Origin: Paraspadella gotoi
Lineage: Eukaryota; Animalia; Chaetognatha
Assembly: GCA_051294375.1 (NCBI GenBank)
Contig: CM119263.1
Span: 19,330,625 to 19,394,624, forward strand
Direction of reading: 5' to 3'
Length of the DNA stretch: 64,000 nucleotides
Shown: positions 38,464 through 53,400 of the stretch, piece after piece
How positions within the stretch are numbered: position 1 is the stretch's first letter
Layout: each line of letters opens with the position of its first letter
The notes under the pieces: generated by a model
Told to the model about the DNA's origin: nothing
The model's input: the letters and a program-made list of their open reading frames with translations, nothing else
Databases searched by the model: none
Made by a program: the position numbers and the translations under genes

Positions 38464-41400
38464 ATGACCTCAGTGACGAGCGCCTCGTCCCGAGCCTCCG
38501 GGGGCGGGCGTGGGGGGACCAGTCAGACCAAGGGTAAGGTTTCGGAATTTTGAAATCCAAATTTATTGCATGTACATTTCATGTTGTATGAAAGAATGTT
38601 TTTCTTATTTTTAAAGGGGAAAATCACAGAACGAACAACGCTGGTCAACATGCTAAAACCTCCCACCCCCATCATTCAGATGCTTTACACAGTTCACAAA
38701 AAGGAGTGACAAATATTCCACAGGCGAGTTGATTATTACTTATTGTGGTTAATTAACTGTTATTGAGTAATAGTATGAATTTGTTAAAATCTTTAATTAT
38801 TTTTATTACTTTGGCCAAAGTGAAGTGATAAATATAAACCCTGCGTAGGCCAATAAAATCAATCCTCTATATAAAATCTTTTCTCCGCAAAATCTGCATG
38901 ACATATACATTAGGGTGGAGCGATGAAAAGATTGAGTGATTGAACATTATTTTTTTGCTGCTTATAGACATGTAATGGATCTCCCAGAAATATCAAACAT
39001 TTTTGAAAGTTCTTGATTCTTGCAAAGTTTCTCATTCCAAATTAGGTTGAAAAAAAAATATCACCATTAAATTTTTTTTCAAATGCTCATTATGGACTTT
39101 CCCGCCACTTTTTGCGCAAACCACTTCCGGTTGAAAAAAGATATGGATTTTTAAAAGAAGCAAGCAGTTAGTTAATCAAATTACAGTTTCTATAATTTGC
39201 TTAAAATTACATTTTGTATGTCAAAGGATAACAATTAGAAAAGGCTTTATATTATAAAATGCTCTGTTTTGACAAAACTAGGGGTAAAATTTTATTTTTA
39301 TCATTCAACTATGTATTAAATAAATAATTTTAGCTAACATCGTTTTATACCTAAAAACAAAGTTATTTTTTAACCGGAAGTGGTACGCCACATAGTGGCG
39401 TGGAAAGTCTATAAATCTCTACCTGAGAAATTTTTCATTGTGATATTGGTTTTTTCATTAAAATTGGAATGAGAAACTTTGCAAGAACCAACAACTTTTC
39501 TAAAGTGGGATATTTTTGGGAGCCCTAACATGTAATTAATAAATTTTAAATCCTTTTAAAAATCTTTTTAGCATAACAGTAAAATTCAATTATTTTGTAG
39601 TAATTTCCTTATAAAATCGTTAAATTTCAAAATAATTTTTATAAAATATGTTATATGATATTTTAATGTTTGGATCACAAAAAAATGACTAAAACGTTTT
39701 AAACATATATAAGTTTTTACTACAGAGAATAAAAAAGTCATGAATTTAAAATTTTTTTTCTAGTTTTAAACGCTGAAGATGAATTTTTGATAACATATTT
39801 ATTTATATTTTTGATTCAAGTTTTTATGAAGAATCTGAATTTTAATAAAAGTTAAAAAAAAAAAAATTTAAATTTACTATTTTATAAGAATATTACTACA
39901 AATAATTTAGAGGAAACAAAGTGTTTTTGAATTTGTTACGATTTATTTTTAATAAAGGGACATGTTTCGACTCTTTGGGTTCGAGTCTTCATCAGCATTT
40001 GAAATTCACAAACTTTTCAGTTGTTTTCATTGACTTTGGAGAGAAAGAAGGAGAGAGAGAGAGAGCTTCCAACAAAGGCTTATCAGGTCAGAGAGATATT
40101 CGAGTGGCGCTTGGTATATTTCCAGAGGATCCTTACCAGATCCCAACCTCTCCACTCCACCACAATATCCTCTCAACCCATTACAAGCCAATGACCCGAG
40201 CTCATTGTTAACGCCCTTCATTTGCCATGCCAGGGGGGGCCAGCTCATTTTGAGCTCTTTCTCACCTTATTTTTCCCTTACCTTTATCTTATCTATCCCT
40301 CATAACTTATTTTCCATTTCAAATTTCAATTCTTCAATTTTTCATTATTCCAAATTTCCAACTTTTCACAAACAATTATTTATTAATCTTTGTTATTTAT
40401 TTAGTTTTTTCTTTTTCACTGTTGTACATTACCAAATGTATTAATTTTTTATCTCTCTCTCTCTCTCTTTCTCTCTCTCATTTTTCACCAATTTCACATT
40501 TACTTACTCTCCTTCCCTTCCCTCACTTTCACCTGTCCTCACATCTGTCCTTTACTCAATTCTTTGTTGGAAGCTCTCTCTCTCTTTCTCCTCCTCTCTT
40601 TCTCTCCCAAAGTCAATGAAAACAACTGAAAAGTTTGTGAATTTCAAATGCTGATGAAGACTCGAACGCCATTATTAAAAATAAATCGTTGTAACAAATT
40701 CAAAAACACTTTGTTTCCTCTAAATACAATAACAACGAAAAAGAAAGGATTATCACATACAAATATATTATATTTTACTATTCTGTTCCCGAGATAATAT
40801 GAACAAAATATTTTTTGTACTAGTTAATCATAATATTTCGCGTCTAAATATCCTTGTTCGATCATTCAAATAATTTTTTTGTTGAGTGCTCCACTCTAAT
40901 ATACATATGGGAAAAATTCAAGTTATGACAAGTAGGGGCAAGCGGGCTTTTTTATGAAATGAAGAATAAACTTTTTTATCAAACTTAATGAGGCATATTT
41001 CGTTTAATACTTAATTGTTGTAAAGTAAAAATTCTGCTCTTTATAACATAAACTATCCAGCTAAAATGTTACGATTTAGTGAAAAAAATTCAAGTATTTT
41101 TCTATTGTATGAAAAAATTTTATAACCCGATTGCTCTTTGTTTCGAATATATTACAAGTTTTTTTAGTATCATTCCACATTGAAGTTCCTTTAGTCACTT
41201 GGAAGTCACTTCGGTGCAACACATTAGAAGGACCGTTCTTGTTTTCCTCTAACGTTAACGAGTATGAAATAAATACCTCTTAATAATTTTACCTACAAAG
41301 TTTTTGCCATCATTCATAATCTGATGCTATTTTTTTTTAAAAATATCTTCGCTTATAAATGTTTATTTGGCTTTTTAAAAATATATAAATCGTAGCAATT

Positions 41401-44400
41401 CAAATGTAACTGCTGTCGTAATTTTTCGAACCTAATTTTTTAAACATCGATCCTAGTATGTTATTCTGGATTTACTCGATTTACTGTTTCGATGTCGGAA
41501 GTGGTTTGTAGTTACATATGGCTGTTCCGTTCATCACAGTTCATTTGGCTGTCACTTAATATCCCAGCTTCTAGATATGGAACGATTCTTGCTGAGGTGA
41601 CCACCGGTTGTAAGCTTCGCGGCCGAACCACTGGGCAGTCTGGGCGCACTAAGTGTGTTGGCTGTCCAGTGTCCACACTGTCAGAGGGGCATGACGACCT
41701 CTGTCCTCGTTAAGAACAGCTTTGATTCTGGTTTTCTCATGGTTCGTCGGCCTGTCATGCAGTCGAAAGTCCAAGTCCAAAAATAATCTGATGTTGCATT
41801 GTTTTATTTTATCTGCTCCCCGGTTTTTCATTTTTGCTTTTTAATTTTTTTTTATTTCTTTCCATCTTTTATTTATTTTTTCATTATTGCTGTCGGTGAT
41901 TGCTACAATACTTAAATTTTACAGGGTTCGGACTTAAAACTTACCCCCCATAGGAAAAATTACTAATTCCCTCGATAATTTGTACTTAATGTTTAGCTTC
42001 CAAAGATAAGCAGACGATATGAAAAAGTTTTATATTCTTGGTACCACTGTGTATTCAATAATGGGTCGAGTTTGATGTAATTCCGGTTACAAGTACTGTT
42101 GCAGTATACATTTAATTCGCCCAATACTGAAATATCCAAACATGATTTACTGGCATAATACTATTATATGGGCACTGATAATGCCATAACGGCCGAAAAT
42201 TTGGCTTTAGTTTTCTCCCTCCAGGATGGTGGTAGAAGAGAAAATTTCTTTGACTGTTATCGACGAAGGACTCGGGGGGACGCGGTAACAGCACTTTGCT
42301 CTAGTTTTTTTTAACAAAATAAAACAAGGATCTTTATATTATGCCACTCATGTATGATCATGAAAAACCAATAGTTAAATACAACTGCTGAAAACACCAT
42401 TCTTTGAAATATTTATTCACTTCGATTGACATAGGGAAGCCAGGATTCTTCGGGGACGGCTGAAGATAAACGAGACTGATGAGAGAGTCTTAATTGAGGA
42501 TGGATGCTTGCAGGGACCTGCTTTATTGTCAGTATCTTGTAAGAGCGTGTTATGGAGGCGCTAAACGCACCCAAAGCTCGTCCAATAGTCAGCGGGCGGC
42601 CAAGATTCAGGGGCTCATGATTACTAGAGGGATTGTAGGGTAGCGATATAGGGTATTATTGGTTGGTGGGTGTGTACGCTGCCTGAATATTTCTATTTGT
42701 AGTAATATAAATCTTATGGGGTAGAATGTTCAAGCCGATTATCAAGCATCTAGACTCAGATGGAGTTGTTAATGATAGTATCGTTCGTCACGAGATCAGT
42801 TAGGGTTGAGTGAATATAAATCTGACAATCTCGATGTTGAGTCGCCCCCGGCCCGTTTTGAACAATCTAAAAAGTGCTCATCAATATTAATAAAAAAAAA
42901 ATAATTCGATATTTTCATGATAGAGAAGTGTACCATGATGATCGTTTTGCTTTTTATTGATCATTTCATATTCTTAATTTCGCTGAACGAGCATTAAGGC
43001 ACTTTTAAAAAGAATATTAAATTTACGATAATTTTATATTTAGCCAAAAACAGTACACCTAATTATTCTATAATAGAAATAAAAAAAAATATTAAGTCTG
43101 GTCAATTTCTTTTTAATATCAAAATTATAAAACTAACTACTAAATGATTTCTTTAAGAACCTAATTTGTCGGTTAATGAATTTTCTCATATTTTTTCATA
43201 TATATTCATTTTATCATTTAAACGTTTCAAAGAAACTCAGAAGGCATCTATGATAATCAGCAAACGAAAAAAAAAGTGTGTTTTGCCAAAAAAGGGAGTT
43301 TTTTCCGGAAATTTAGGCCATTTGGATCACTGTGGCAGGGGGTAAGATTCAAGTCTGGACTCTGTCGAGACATATCACTTTAAGATGTACCCTTCATAAA
43401 ACTCATTTATGATTTTTTTTTAAATAGTTTTACTGCGCGTATAAATCTTAAAGAGAAACTCGGCCATTTAATGCAGACGTTTTCCTCTATATCTCGGAAA
43501 CAATTGTAGGAATTTAAAAACAGTGAATATTGACATCGTCCTCTCTAAAAATACTTAGAATAAACTTATATCAGCTCTCGAACGAGGTATTTTAAAACTA
43601 TTGAGTTGTTTTTTTTTTTTTGCCGCAAAATTTTATATTAACATATATAAAATATATTTTTATATTTATATATAACATATGCTTAAAAATCATCATATGC
43701 TTTGTATTTCTTAACCGTTTTGAACTTTTTATTATGCATTCAGAAATCTTACATGATAATTTAATTATTGCACATATCGTTAATAAATTTTTTGATAAAA
43801 GTAATTTTTAATAAAACATTAAACCATAACAGTAATTTGCCCGCGTATTACCAGCTTACTTCAAAATTTTTTATACCAAAATGCGATGTACACCTTGCCA
43901 GAATAAATAATAATAATAAGTAAAAATATATTTTAGGATTTTATTTCTATTTAAATTATTTTGATTAAAATTATTTATTAAGCTTTATTTTCATGTTAAA
44001 ATATTTTTAACTATTTCATTTTCTTCAAGTTTTCAAGAGTTTTCAGGAGATTTTTAATAAAAAAAAAAATTTAGACAAAAAGATTGAAAAAAATTTTTTT
44101 TTAAAATAAAAGAAGATTTTTAAATTTTTATTACAGAAAAAAATTTTTAGATTAAAAAAATCTTCATAAGTTTGCAAATGACGATTTTTTTTCAGCGGCG
44201 GGCTGTCGTGTGTCACCTTGTAAAGAGCCATATTAAATTTTTTTTGTCTATTGATAATATACTTATTACTTAAAAATATATAAATTTTTGTTTGAGCTTT
44301 TTAAGTGGGTTAAAAATTAAAAAAACAATATTTCATATATAACTTAAATTTTTAGCTTAAAATATAGGTTTTTTATATTTGATCAACTTAAATAATAATA

Positions 44401-47400
44401 ATTTTTAAAAAAAGAGTTATTTCTTTATATCAANNNNNNNNNNAACCCCGCTCATCATTACATTTAATTCGCCCCATACTGAAATATCCAAATGATTTTA
44501 GATAATATATTATACGGGGATATAATGCCCTAAGGCCAAAATTTGGAGAAATTATATTAAAAGAAATCTTACTTTATACTAGTAACATAGTATATTATGC
44601 TGTATAAATAACATAGATCGATGGTTTATGAGTCAGACCTAATCCCGGTAATTCAATTTATTCCAGCATACTGCACTTCAATTTTTTTATTTAAGAAATC
44701 CATAAACAGTATTCTCTCAATACCACCATAAAGAAACCCACTAGGTTGCTCATTGTAACTTTTTCAGGAGTGCAGGAGTTGATTTTTTATTATTTGGGCG
44801 CGGAGCAAACATGACTCCTGGTTTTTGGTTGTTTCCCATACTAATATTTTCGACCTAGCAAAACTAAATACAATTCAAAATATATAAAAATCCTTAACGA
44901 TTCTTCTGCGTGCGTGGGGGAGGATCAATTCGGGGCACAGTGATCCAAAAAAAATAAAACTGGATAAAAGCCATTTGAACATACGGGCATTAATACATAT
45001 TCAGTCTTTTCATAGTTTCAAAATTTATTTTTTCTCACGTTATAAGCAAATCTCTATTTTGGGTGAGTCTTTGACAGGTTTGTTTCTCCCTCATGGGTAG
45101 AAGAGAAAATTTATTTGATTTTGTTATGGTAACAGCACTTTGTCTAGTTTTTTAACAAATAAAAAAAGATTTTTATATTATGCCGCTATGTATGATATGA
45201 AAAACATAGTAAAAACTTATAGAATTTCAGCCGATTTCAATCAACCAGATTTAGTTCTTAATGATATATCTTCTCACTAATCGGTTATGAATTAAATCTC
45301 ATCCGCATTTGTCCGTCCTTTTGAAAAATCTAAAAATGTTTTAATTCAAAAAATAATAAAAAAGAATTCAATATTTTTCAGAAATTACTATATGATTCTT
45401 TTCTTTTATTGATATTTCGATCTTAATGTTGCTTAGCGCACTTTTAAAAAGATATAACAATAATAATTTATATTTAGCAAACAATACACAGATTAATTGA
45501 AGATTATTATAATCGAGTGAAATATAAAAAAATATTGAAAGTCTGGTACATTTCATTTTTACAATGAGATGTAAAAGACTTACGATATGATCGTAGCAGA
45601 GTGCACAGGCAGCATATAATGATTTCTGTATAAGAAGAGCAGATAGCTGATATTAAGAAGATTCGATTGATCATAAATTGTGATATGATCCAGTGATACA
45701 GTTATGAAGATGTTCAAAGAAATTCGCTGTGATATGATTAATATAGCAGTTGTATAGACAAAAAAGTGTATCTATAGGGAATGAATAATGAATAGGGCAG
45801 TTTACTGGGAAAATTCGATCGTGACACGGAACCATAGTAATGTAGAGTGAGTAGTAATGGACTAGGAGAAGCGTATGAGTTAGTGAATGTGTGAGGGAGG
45901 AGATAGAAGATCAAGTCTGGACTCTGTCGAGACATATCACTTTAAGATGTACCTTTCATAAAACTCATTTTGATTTTTTTAATATATAGTTTAGGTTGTT
46001 TATCAGAGAAACTCGGCCATTTAATGCAGACGTTTTCCTCTATATCTCGGAAACAATTGTAGAATTTAAAAACAGTGAATATTGACATCGTCCTCTCTAA
46101 AAATACTTAGAATAAACTTATATCAGCTCTCGAACGAGGTATTTACTAAACTATGATTGTTTTTCCGCAAAATTTTATATAAATATATAAAATATATTTT
46201 TATATATAAAATATGCTTAAAAATCATCATATGCTTTGTATTTCTTACCGTTTTGAACTTTTTATTATGCATTCAGAATCTTACATGATTAATTTAATTA
46301 TCTGACAATATCGTTAATAAATTTTTGATAAAGTAATTTTTAATAAACATTAAACCATAACAGTAATTTGCCCGCGTATTACCAGCTTACTTCAAAATTT
46401 TTTATACCAAAATGCTATGTACACCTTGCCAGAATAAATAATAATAATAAGTAAATATATTTTAGGATTTTATTTCTATTTAAATTATTTTGATTAAATT
46501 ATTTATGTAAGCTTATTTTCATGTTAAAATATTTTTAACTATTTCATTTTCTTTCAAGTTTTCAAGAGTTTCAGGAGAAAAAAAAAATTGAAAAAAATTT
46601 TTTTTTTTAAAATAAAAGAAGATTTTTAAATTTTCATTACAGAAAAATTTTCAGATTAAAAAAATCTTCATAAGTTTGCAAATACGATTTTTTTTCAGCG
46701 GCGGGCTGTCGTGTGTCACCTTGTAAAGAGCCATATTAAATTTTTTGGTCTATTGATATATACTTATTACTTAAAATATATAATTTTTGTTTGAGCTTTT
46801 TAAGTGGGTTAAAAATTAAAAAACAATATTTCATATATAACTTAAATTTTTAGCTTAAAATATAGGTTTTTAATATTTGATCAACTTAAATAATAATAAT
46901 TTTTAAAAAAAGCGAGTTCATTTCTCTTATATCAACTTTTCATGACGAATCCAAATCTACAAAATAAACTTACAAAAAGCTATTTAGAAATTTTAACATT
47001 TATTGAATTAGTACTAGTATAAATATGGCCTACTGTGTAAATTGTAAAATTTATTTTAAATTTTTTTTATACAAAAATGTTCAATTAGTATAATGTTGAT
47101 CGTTCCTCACTTTTAGAATTTTTACTACGCTTTAGTGGTATATCTCTTCTTTCTTTTATTTAATAAACTATTATTCTCTGTGGGTTTGTGTTTTTGCTCA
47201 TCGAGTTTTTTTTGGCCCGACTTATCGTTTCGGCTTGGCTTTTTCCTCCGACCCCTCTTGTGCGGTCGCTCCTCCTTTTTGTTGACAATCCTCGTCAATG
47301 GCACGGCGGTAAAAATTTTCTAAGCGTACTGAAGCGTTGATGAGGAATACAGTGACGGGCCTATGCTTGTTCTTCAGCTTGACCCAAAAAAAAGTGCTAC

Positions 47401-50400
47401 TAAAAAGAAATTGATTTTCAAGGATGAATTTTTAAAATTTGTCCCTAGAATAGCATGTATTGTGGGAAAGCCGTTTTATACGGGCATCTAAATTGGAAGG
47501 ATGGGAATTTTTCTTTGTTCAAACTAAGTAGCGAAATCAATGATGGAAATGATTGCATCGGTCTCCGCTCTCTTCGTCATCGATTTTTCCTCGCTTTCCC
47601 ATTGCGCGCCGATTTTCCTTCATTTCCTTCTCCGTCTCGTTGCCGCCGAAGGTGCTGGTTCCGCCGCCGCCGGCGCAGCAATTCCGCCGTCCCGCGGTTC
47701 CCTGTCGTCATTACCGTCCCCGCAGCTGCTCTACGGCTACTGTCTCAGCGGTCTCTCTGAGAGGAATCCTTTGTCCGCGCTTTTTCTCATCATTTTCATT
47801 TTTGCCGTCGTAGAATCAACGTCGTTTCTGCCTCCTTTTTTTTCGGTTTCGGATTACAATCACCATGCGAATAACTGGATTGAAAATGTTTAGGTATTGT
47901 AATGTTAGCTTAAAATTTCATTTCCCAAACAATATCAACGCTTTTTATATCACAAAGAATGTGTATATTTGCCTTAAATTAGTTTTCAGGTTTAAGTTAA
48001 ATTTTTGATAAAAATTGATGACACTTTTAGAATTCAATCATTTCGATTTTATTAATATATTATATTTTTTTGACAAAAAATTGAGTTTTAGCAGTCAAGA
48101 TAACAAACTCTTTATTTTTTCTGAATTTCATCCATCATCCTGATCTCTTGGGTTGGCCTTGAACTTCTTTCACTCTATCGGTTTTCCAAGCCAAATAAAC
48201 ATTTCGATTGTGATAAATAATGCTTCCTGAACTTTCATCAATAAGCGGCGATTTTATGAAGCTTGTATTTGAAAATTTAAATATTTCTTTTAAATTTTCA
48301 TCAACTTTTCAGAGAACTTTTTTTTTCAATTTGCAAAATACTTTTTTAAAACAAGACCTTTTATTCTAGAAACCTAACAAATTATAATTTGTTACACTTT
48401 TACCTACTTGTTTTAAATTTTTTTTCTTTATATGTAAATTCTTTTTCAGGCTTAAAACGGCCACAAGTTAATAAAAAATTATCTTTGCCCCCTTTAACTT
48501 AATTTTTAATTCATATTAGACATGATATTCTTTTTTAAAATATCTTGGTTCTTTTTTCCAACTCATTTATTTTTACTGTTCAAATCTATTCCGAGAAAAT
48601 CTTTTCTATTCTCACGAATTTTTTTATTATTATTATTTTTATTAGTAATTTTTTACAATTCCTAATATCTGCTGCTTTAGTATTATTTTAAACCACTCAT
48701 CAGTGACAAAATAATTAGTAATTTAGAATATGGTATTCCCTTCTTCTTTTCAGTTACGTACCTTTATCTTCCTTAATCCTCATTCCGTGAGTCATTTCTA
48801 TTCCACAGGGTTAATGGGGGTCGGAAAACTCACGTTATTCTGTTCATTCGCTCAATTTTTAGAACGTAGTTCACACCCTTAATTTGCATAAAATTCATAT
48901 TCGACCGAAACCGCGCGATCTCCGAAGATAAGATGCCATCTGCCATACCTTTTTGACACTTCCTTTCCTAATAAACGTGCTGCTATTTTATATAGCGGTT
49001 TTTATAAAATGATATTGAATACTCTATATACAAATGTTTATTTACGTATTTGGGCAAATATGAGTAATTGAGTATATGCAATGTGAGAGTCACATTTGGT
49101 AAAGAAACAAGTTTTTAAAACAAAAGTGATGTATTTTTATTGTATTAAAAATATAATTTTTAATATACATTTGTAAAATAACAAGTTTATAATTTTGTTA
49201 TGATATATTTATGAATAATATATATTTTTAGGTAACGTCTTATTTTTATTTAACAGGCTACAACTGAGCAAATTCGAATTGCTCAGCTTATCAACAACAA
49301 CAAAGATGAACCGGAATTGCAGGCTAAATGCCAACAGATCATGGATTTCACTGGGCGTGACCTAGAGGTAATCATCCAATACATCTGAATCCGAATAATC
49401 CGCTGTGAACCTTGTTCATTTTACTCAGTAATATACGTAAATGTATTATTTAACATGACTTTAACATCTCTTTTAATTGCTGTTCAATTTTTTTTCTCTT
49501 TCAAATGAATTTCATTTTGGGATGATTTTAATTAATATTTATTTTTTTGACTCAGTTTTTTTTCTTTTCCTTTTTTCTTTTCGTCTTTCTTATTTTCATC
49601 TCGATTTTTTTTTTGCTCTACTTTTTCTCTTTGTTTTGAATGAGCGTCTTTATTGCTTTGTGATCCAGTGTAGCGACTGGACAATGGCCAAGGAGTCGGA
49701 CTGTCGTTAACCCACATTTTTTCTTTTCCTTTTTACGCCCACCAAACCTATTTGAATAACGTTTTAACACATATACAATAAAACATTTTTTTTTTACTTA
49801 AACACTAAAAAAAAGGATATTGTGGTGGCCCTTCACGACGCCAACGGTGATACGGAACGCGCCATCACTTATCTCTTGGAACAAGGCGACACCATCGAAA
49901 CGGAATGGAAAACCTCGGGTCCGAAAAAGAAGCCCAAAAACAAAGGAGCAGGTGAGCGGATATCCGCACCCCCATTGTACTTATTTCCGTGTCGAGTATT
50001 GGTTATGGTTCAATTGACCTGATCCTATTTTATATAATCAGACATAATCACCGCTTCTCCGGACAATCTATCCGGCGACGATGGTGGAGGATCGATCAGC
50101 AGTTTGATGCCATCGGCCATCGACGCCAATCACGGGTCCACCGACAGCGGTGGCGGCGGAAGCGGCATCGGTAACGGTCCGACTAGTAGACGCGGTGGGA
50201 GACGCGGGGATCGTGACGGTGCTCGTCGCGGTCGCGGAGAAGGCCGCCCAGAAGGGCGCGACGGCCGAAGCGAAGGTCGCGGCGACGGAAGCCAAGGGCC
50301 TCGAACCGGAGGCGGCGGAGCCTCTGCTCCCGAGGACGAGCCTCATGACGGTCGCTCCAAGGAGGATGGAAGGGAGAGAAGAGATCGGTCAGATGGTTAG

Positions 50401-53400
50401 TTTTCAATTTTGCCGTTTTGCATTATTTATATACTAAAAAGTAATTTTGAAAATAAAATAATCTTTAGGCTTCTCCCGCGGTCGTGGTGGCGCTAACGCG
50501 AACGGGCCTCCGCGTTTCCGTCGCGCCGCAGCCGCAGCTAATCAGCGTAAGGACGGGGATGCTGTCGGGTTTCCCGCGGAAGCGAACGGCGATGCGGAAC
50601 CGGCGCCCAGACGCGACATGGGTTCGCGGCGTGGCCGGGGGCGAGGAGCCAGAGGCAGGGATGTCGGAGGTCCGAGAGACGGAAAGACGTTCACTAACCG
50701 AACTTTCGCCGGCGGGCGAGATAGGGGAAGAGGTAGGTTTTTCTTTTCTTTAGCGCCATGGTAAATTATTTTCGGGGCTGGCTATTTCGGGGAAATCAAT
50801 TAGTCCTATTTCCTTTACCCTAGAGACCCGAAAGAGTTTTTTTTTCTCTTTTGGACTTTGTTTTTACCTTGTCTTTCCGAGTTTAAAATTCCATAGTTTT
50901 TGTCTGATCGATCCTTTATCTCCAATCAGCGATTCGCTGAAATTTTCACTGCGCTAACGCCATTGTTTTCAGCTTCTGGTGATATGTCCATCGACACTTG
51001 GACGCCCGCAATTCCCTCCGGAGCCACCAATCACGACGCGGACCAGGTCGTCAAGATGGACGAATGGACCAACGACATGGCGAATGGCACCGTGGGAGCC
51101 AACCAATCGACGCAACCCGACGGTCTCAAAGGTCTTTGTTGGTTTTTGATGAACGGGAGGTGGGGGAATGGGGAATGAAAGTTTTTGCGGAGTCGATTCT
51201 GGATTGGTCGATCGAGGAAATTAAACCTCAAAACCTAATGGTAATTCAATCCCCATTTTTTTTCCTTGCCCTTTCCCAATCTAGTGATTGGTCAGTGGTC
51301 GAACAAAGACGCCATGATGGAGGTTCACCGGCCGCCGTCGTCGCATGCGCCTTCCGGATCTTCGCGAGGCCGCGCCCCCTCGGCCCCGCACGATCCGACG
51401 ACCAACGCACAGACGACCAACGCGATAGGGAATCACCGCCAATGGGCCACCGACGTTGACGAGTTCGAGGACACGTGGACCGGAAGCGTAAGTTTTATTT
51501 TTTTCTAAACTAGTGTTGTTTAAAAAAAATTTTTAAATATGGTGCGTGCGAAGGGATGGTATGCCTTTAAAGCGCAGCATTGAAAAAATGGGAACGAAGC
51601 GACGCTGATGAAGATAATGAATTTTTTCTCGCGACTTGCCCCTTAATGAGGGTTCTTCATCATCGTCAATCTTTCTCTTCGCGGTTCCTCGTTATTTATT
51701 CGCGACGAATTTCCTCTCCCGTTTTTCGCTATATCGCCGCATGCCGCTCTCCCGAGTTCCTCGGGGAAGGTGAGGAGCTAATTGTTTCCTGAGTCAATAG
51801 CACCTTACCTTCTCTAAAGAAACGAGAGCTAGTCCTCATAACGTCAACGCCACGATCTCACGCTATGCGTACTTTTTTTCGTTTACCTCAGTCACGAAAA
51901 TGAGAAAATTATCTTCGCACGAGAGACCCGACCGCATGGAAGGAAAAAAATATTGCAACAGACGGCGATGATGAAAGAATGGGGGGAACCGATGAGTCAT
52001 AGGGCTGACGCTCTCTCTTTTTTTCTCTCTCTCCCCTCCCCCCTTCCCCCCCCCTCTCTCTCCTTCCCCCGACCCCCCTCGTAAAGTTCATTTTAAACAG
52101 GACGGAGTAGGCTTCTAAAATTAAGATTTCCCCCCTCCATTTCCCTCTTTTTCCTCTCTCCCCTTCAGTTGGCCGAATCCACGGTATTCACTTCGTCAAA
52201 CGCGGCCTCTTCTGACGATTCCCCACCGACGAAGAACAAAGCGCCCGGCGCTCCTCCGCTTGGCGCTTTCGGTACCGACTTTCAACACCTCAATGGCGGC
52301 GGTTCTGCCGCTGGTAGCACTGGTGGCGGCCTCTTGGACGGAGTGGTGCCGCCGACGACCGCTCCTCACGGCTCCAGCATCAGTTTGGATCAGTTGATGG
52401 GCCGGAAACCACTCTCCACGCCCTCAGCGCAAGAGACTCTATCCGGAGGGGCGCAATCGTCCTCCTCGTCCTCCTGGCATATCGGCGCGCCGTCCTCTAG
52501 TCAGTTCAACGCGCAACAAGCGTCCGAGCAGATCAAGTCTGCCGTGGGAGTGGTCACCTCGGTCGGTAGTACCCCTACTGCTGACGGCTCTGAAACGACG
52601 CCGGTTTCCTCTACAGGAACTCCCCGTACTGGGGGCGAAGAGCCGACGTCTGAGTCGACTTCATTCGGAAGTCGTCACCAAAGTTTCGGGTCCTCGCAAC
52701 GAGTGAAGGTCGCCAAGAGTCGAGTACCTCCACCCTCAACGAAAATTCCCTCGTCAGCCGTGGAGATGCCCGGCGGAAACAAGGGCTTGGGTGGACTTGA
52801 GTTGCAGTTCGGTGCCCTGGAATTCGGCAGTTTCGGTGGCAGCGGCGGAGGTGGAGGCAGTGGCGGTGGATCTTCCTCTGCCGTCCCAGTTTCGGCTACA
52901 ACCTCGTCGGCGGCGACGTCCATTGCGCCCCCGGCGTCGTCGGTGTCATCCGTCATCAATGACGATCCCGGAATCGTCGGAACCGGAGACGGACTCATTT
53001 ACGGTCCCACAATCGGTTCTGTCACGTCAGTAGGTCTCGGCGACGTCGCTATGTCGTCGGCGTCGAACCCGTTGTCGCCGCCAACTGCCGGCTCGGCTTC
53101 GTCGGTGACGGCTGCGGCCGCCAAGTCGGTGCTTCAGTCGCCGCCGCAGCAGCCGCTGCAATCGGGCTTCGACGTGGCGACGTCGTTGCCCGTCGTCGCC
53201 ACCGCGTCCAACGCCGCGTCTCAGTTCTCGGCTCAAGTCTACAAAGATCTCCCTAGTCAGGCCGGTGCCACCTCGCTGCTCAGCCAAGACGCGGCGTTGA
53301 TCAGCGCCGTGGCGGCCTCGGCGCCGGCGCCGCCAGCCAATAATCCCTTGCCTCCGTCGGAGCAGAACCCGTTGGCGGACTCTACCTCCGTCTCGCCCTA

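Noticed and set aside
40027-40248. Reverse transcriptase or GIY-YIG remnant inside the inverted element
   Set aside because: No recognisable motifs in the translated frames.
51601-51620. Additional hammerhead (GCTGATGAAG)
   Set aside because: No stem II-GAAA and no family tail follow it.
51965-52011. C/D box snoRNA (ATGATGA...CTGA with a gcg/cgc stem)
   Set aside because: Only about 45 nt long, and I could not identify an rRNA-complementary guide.
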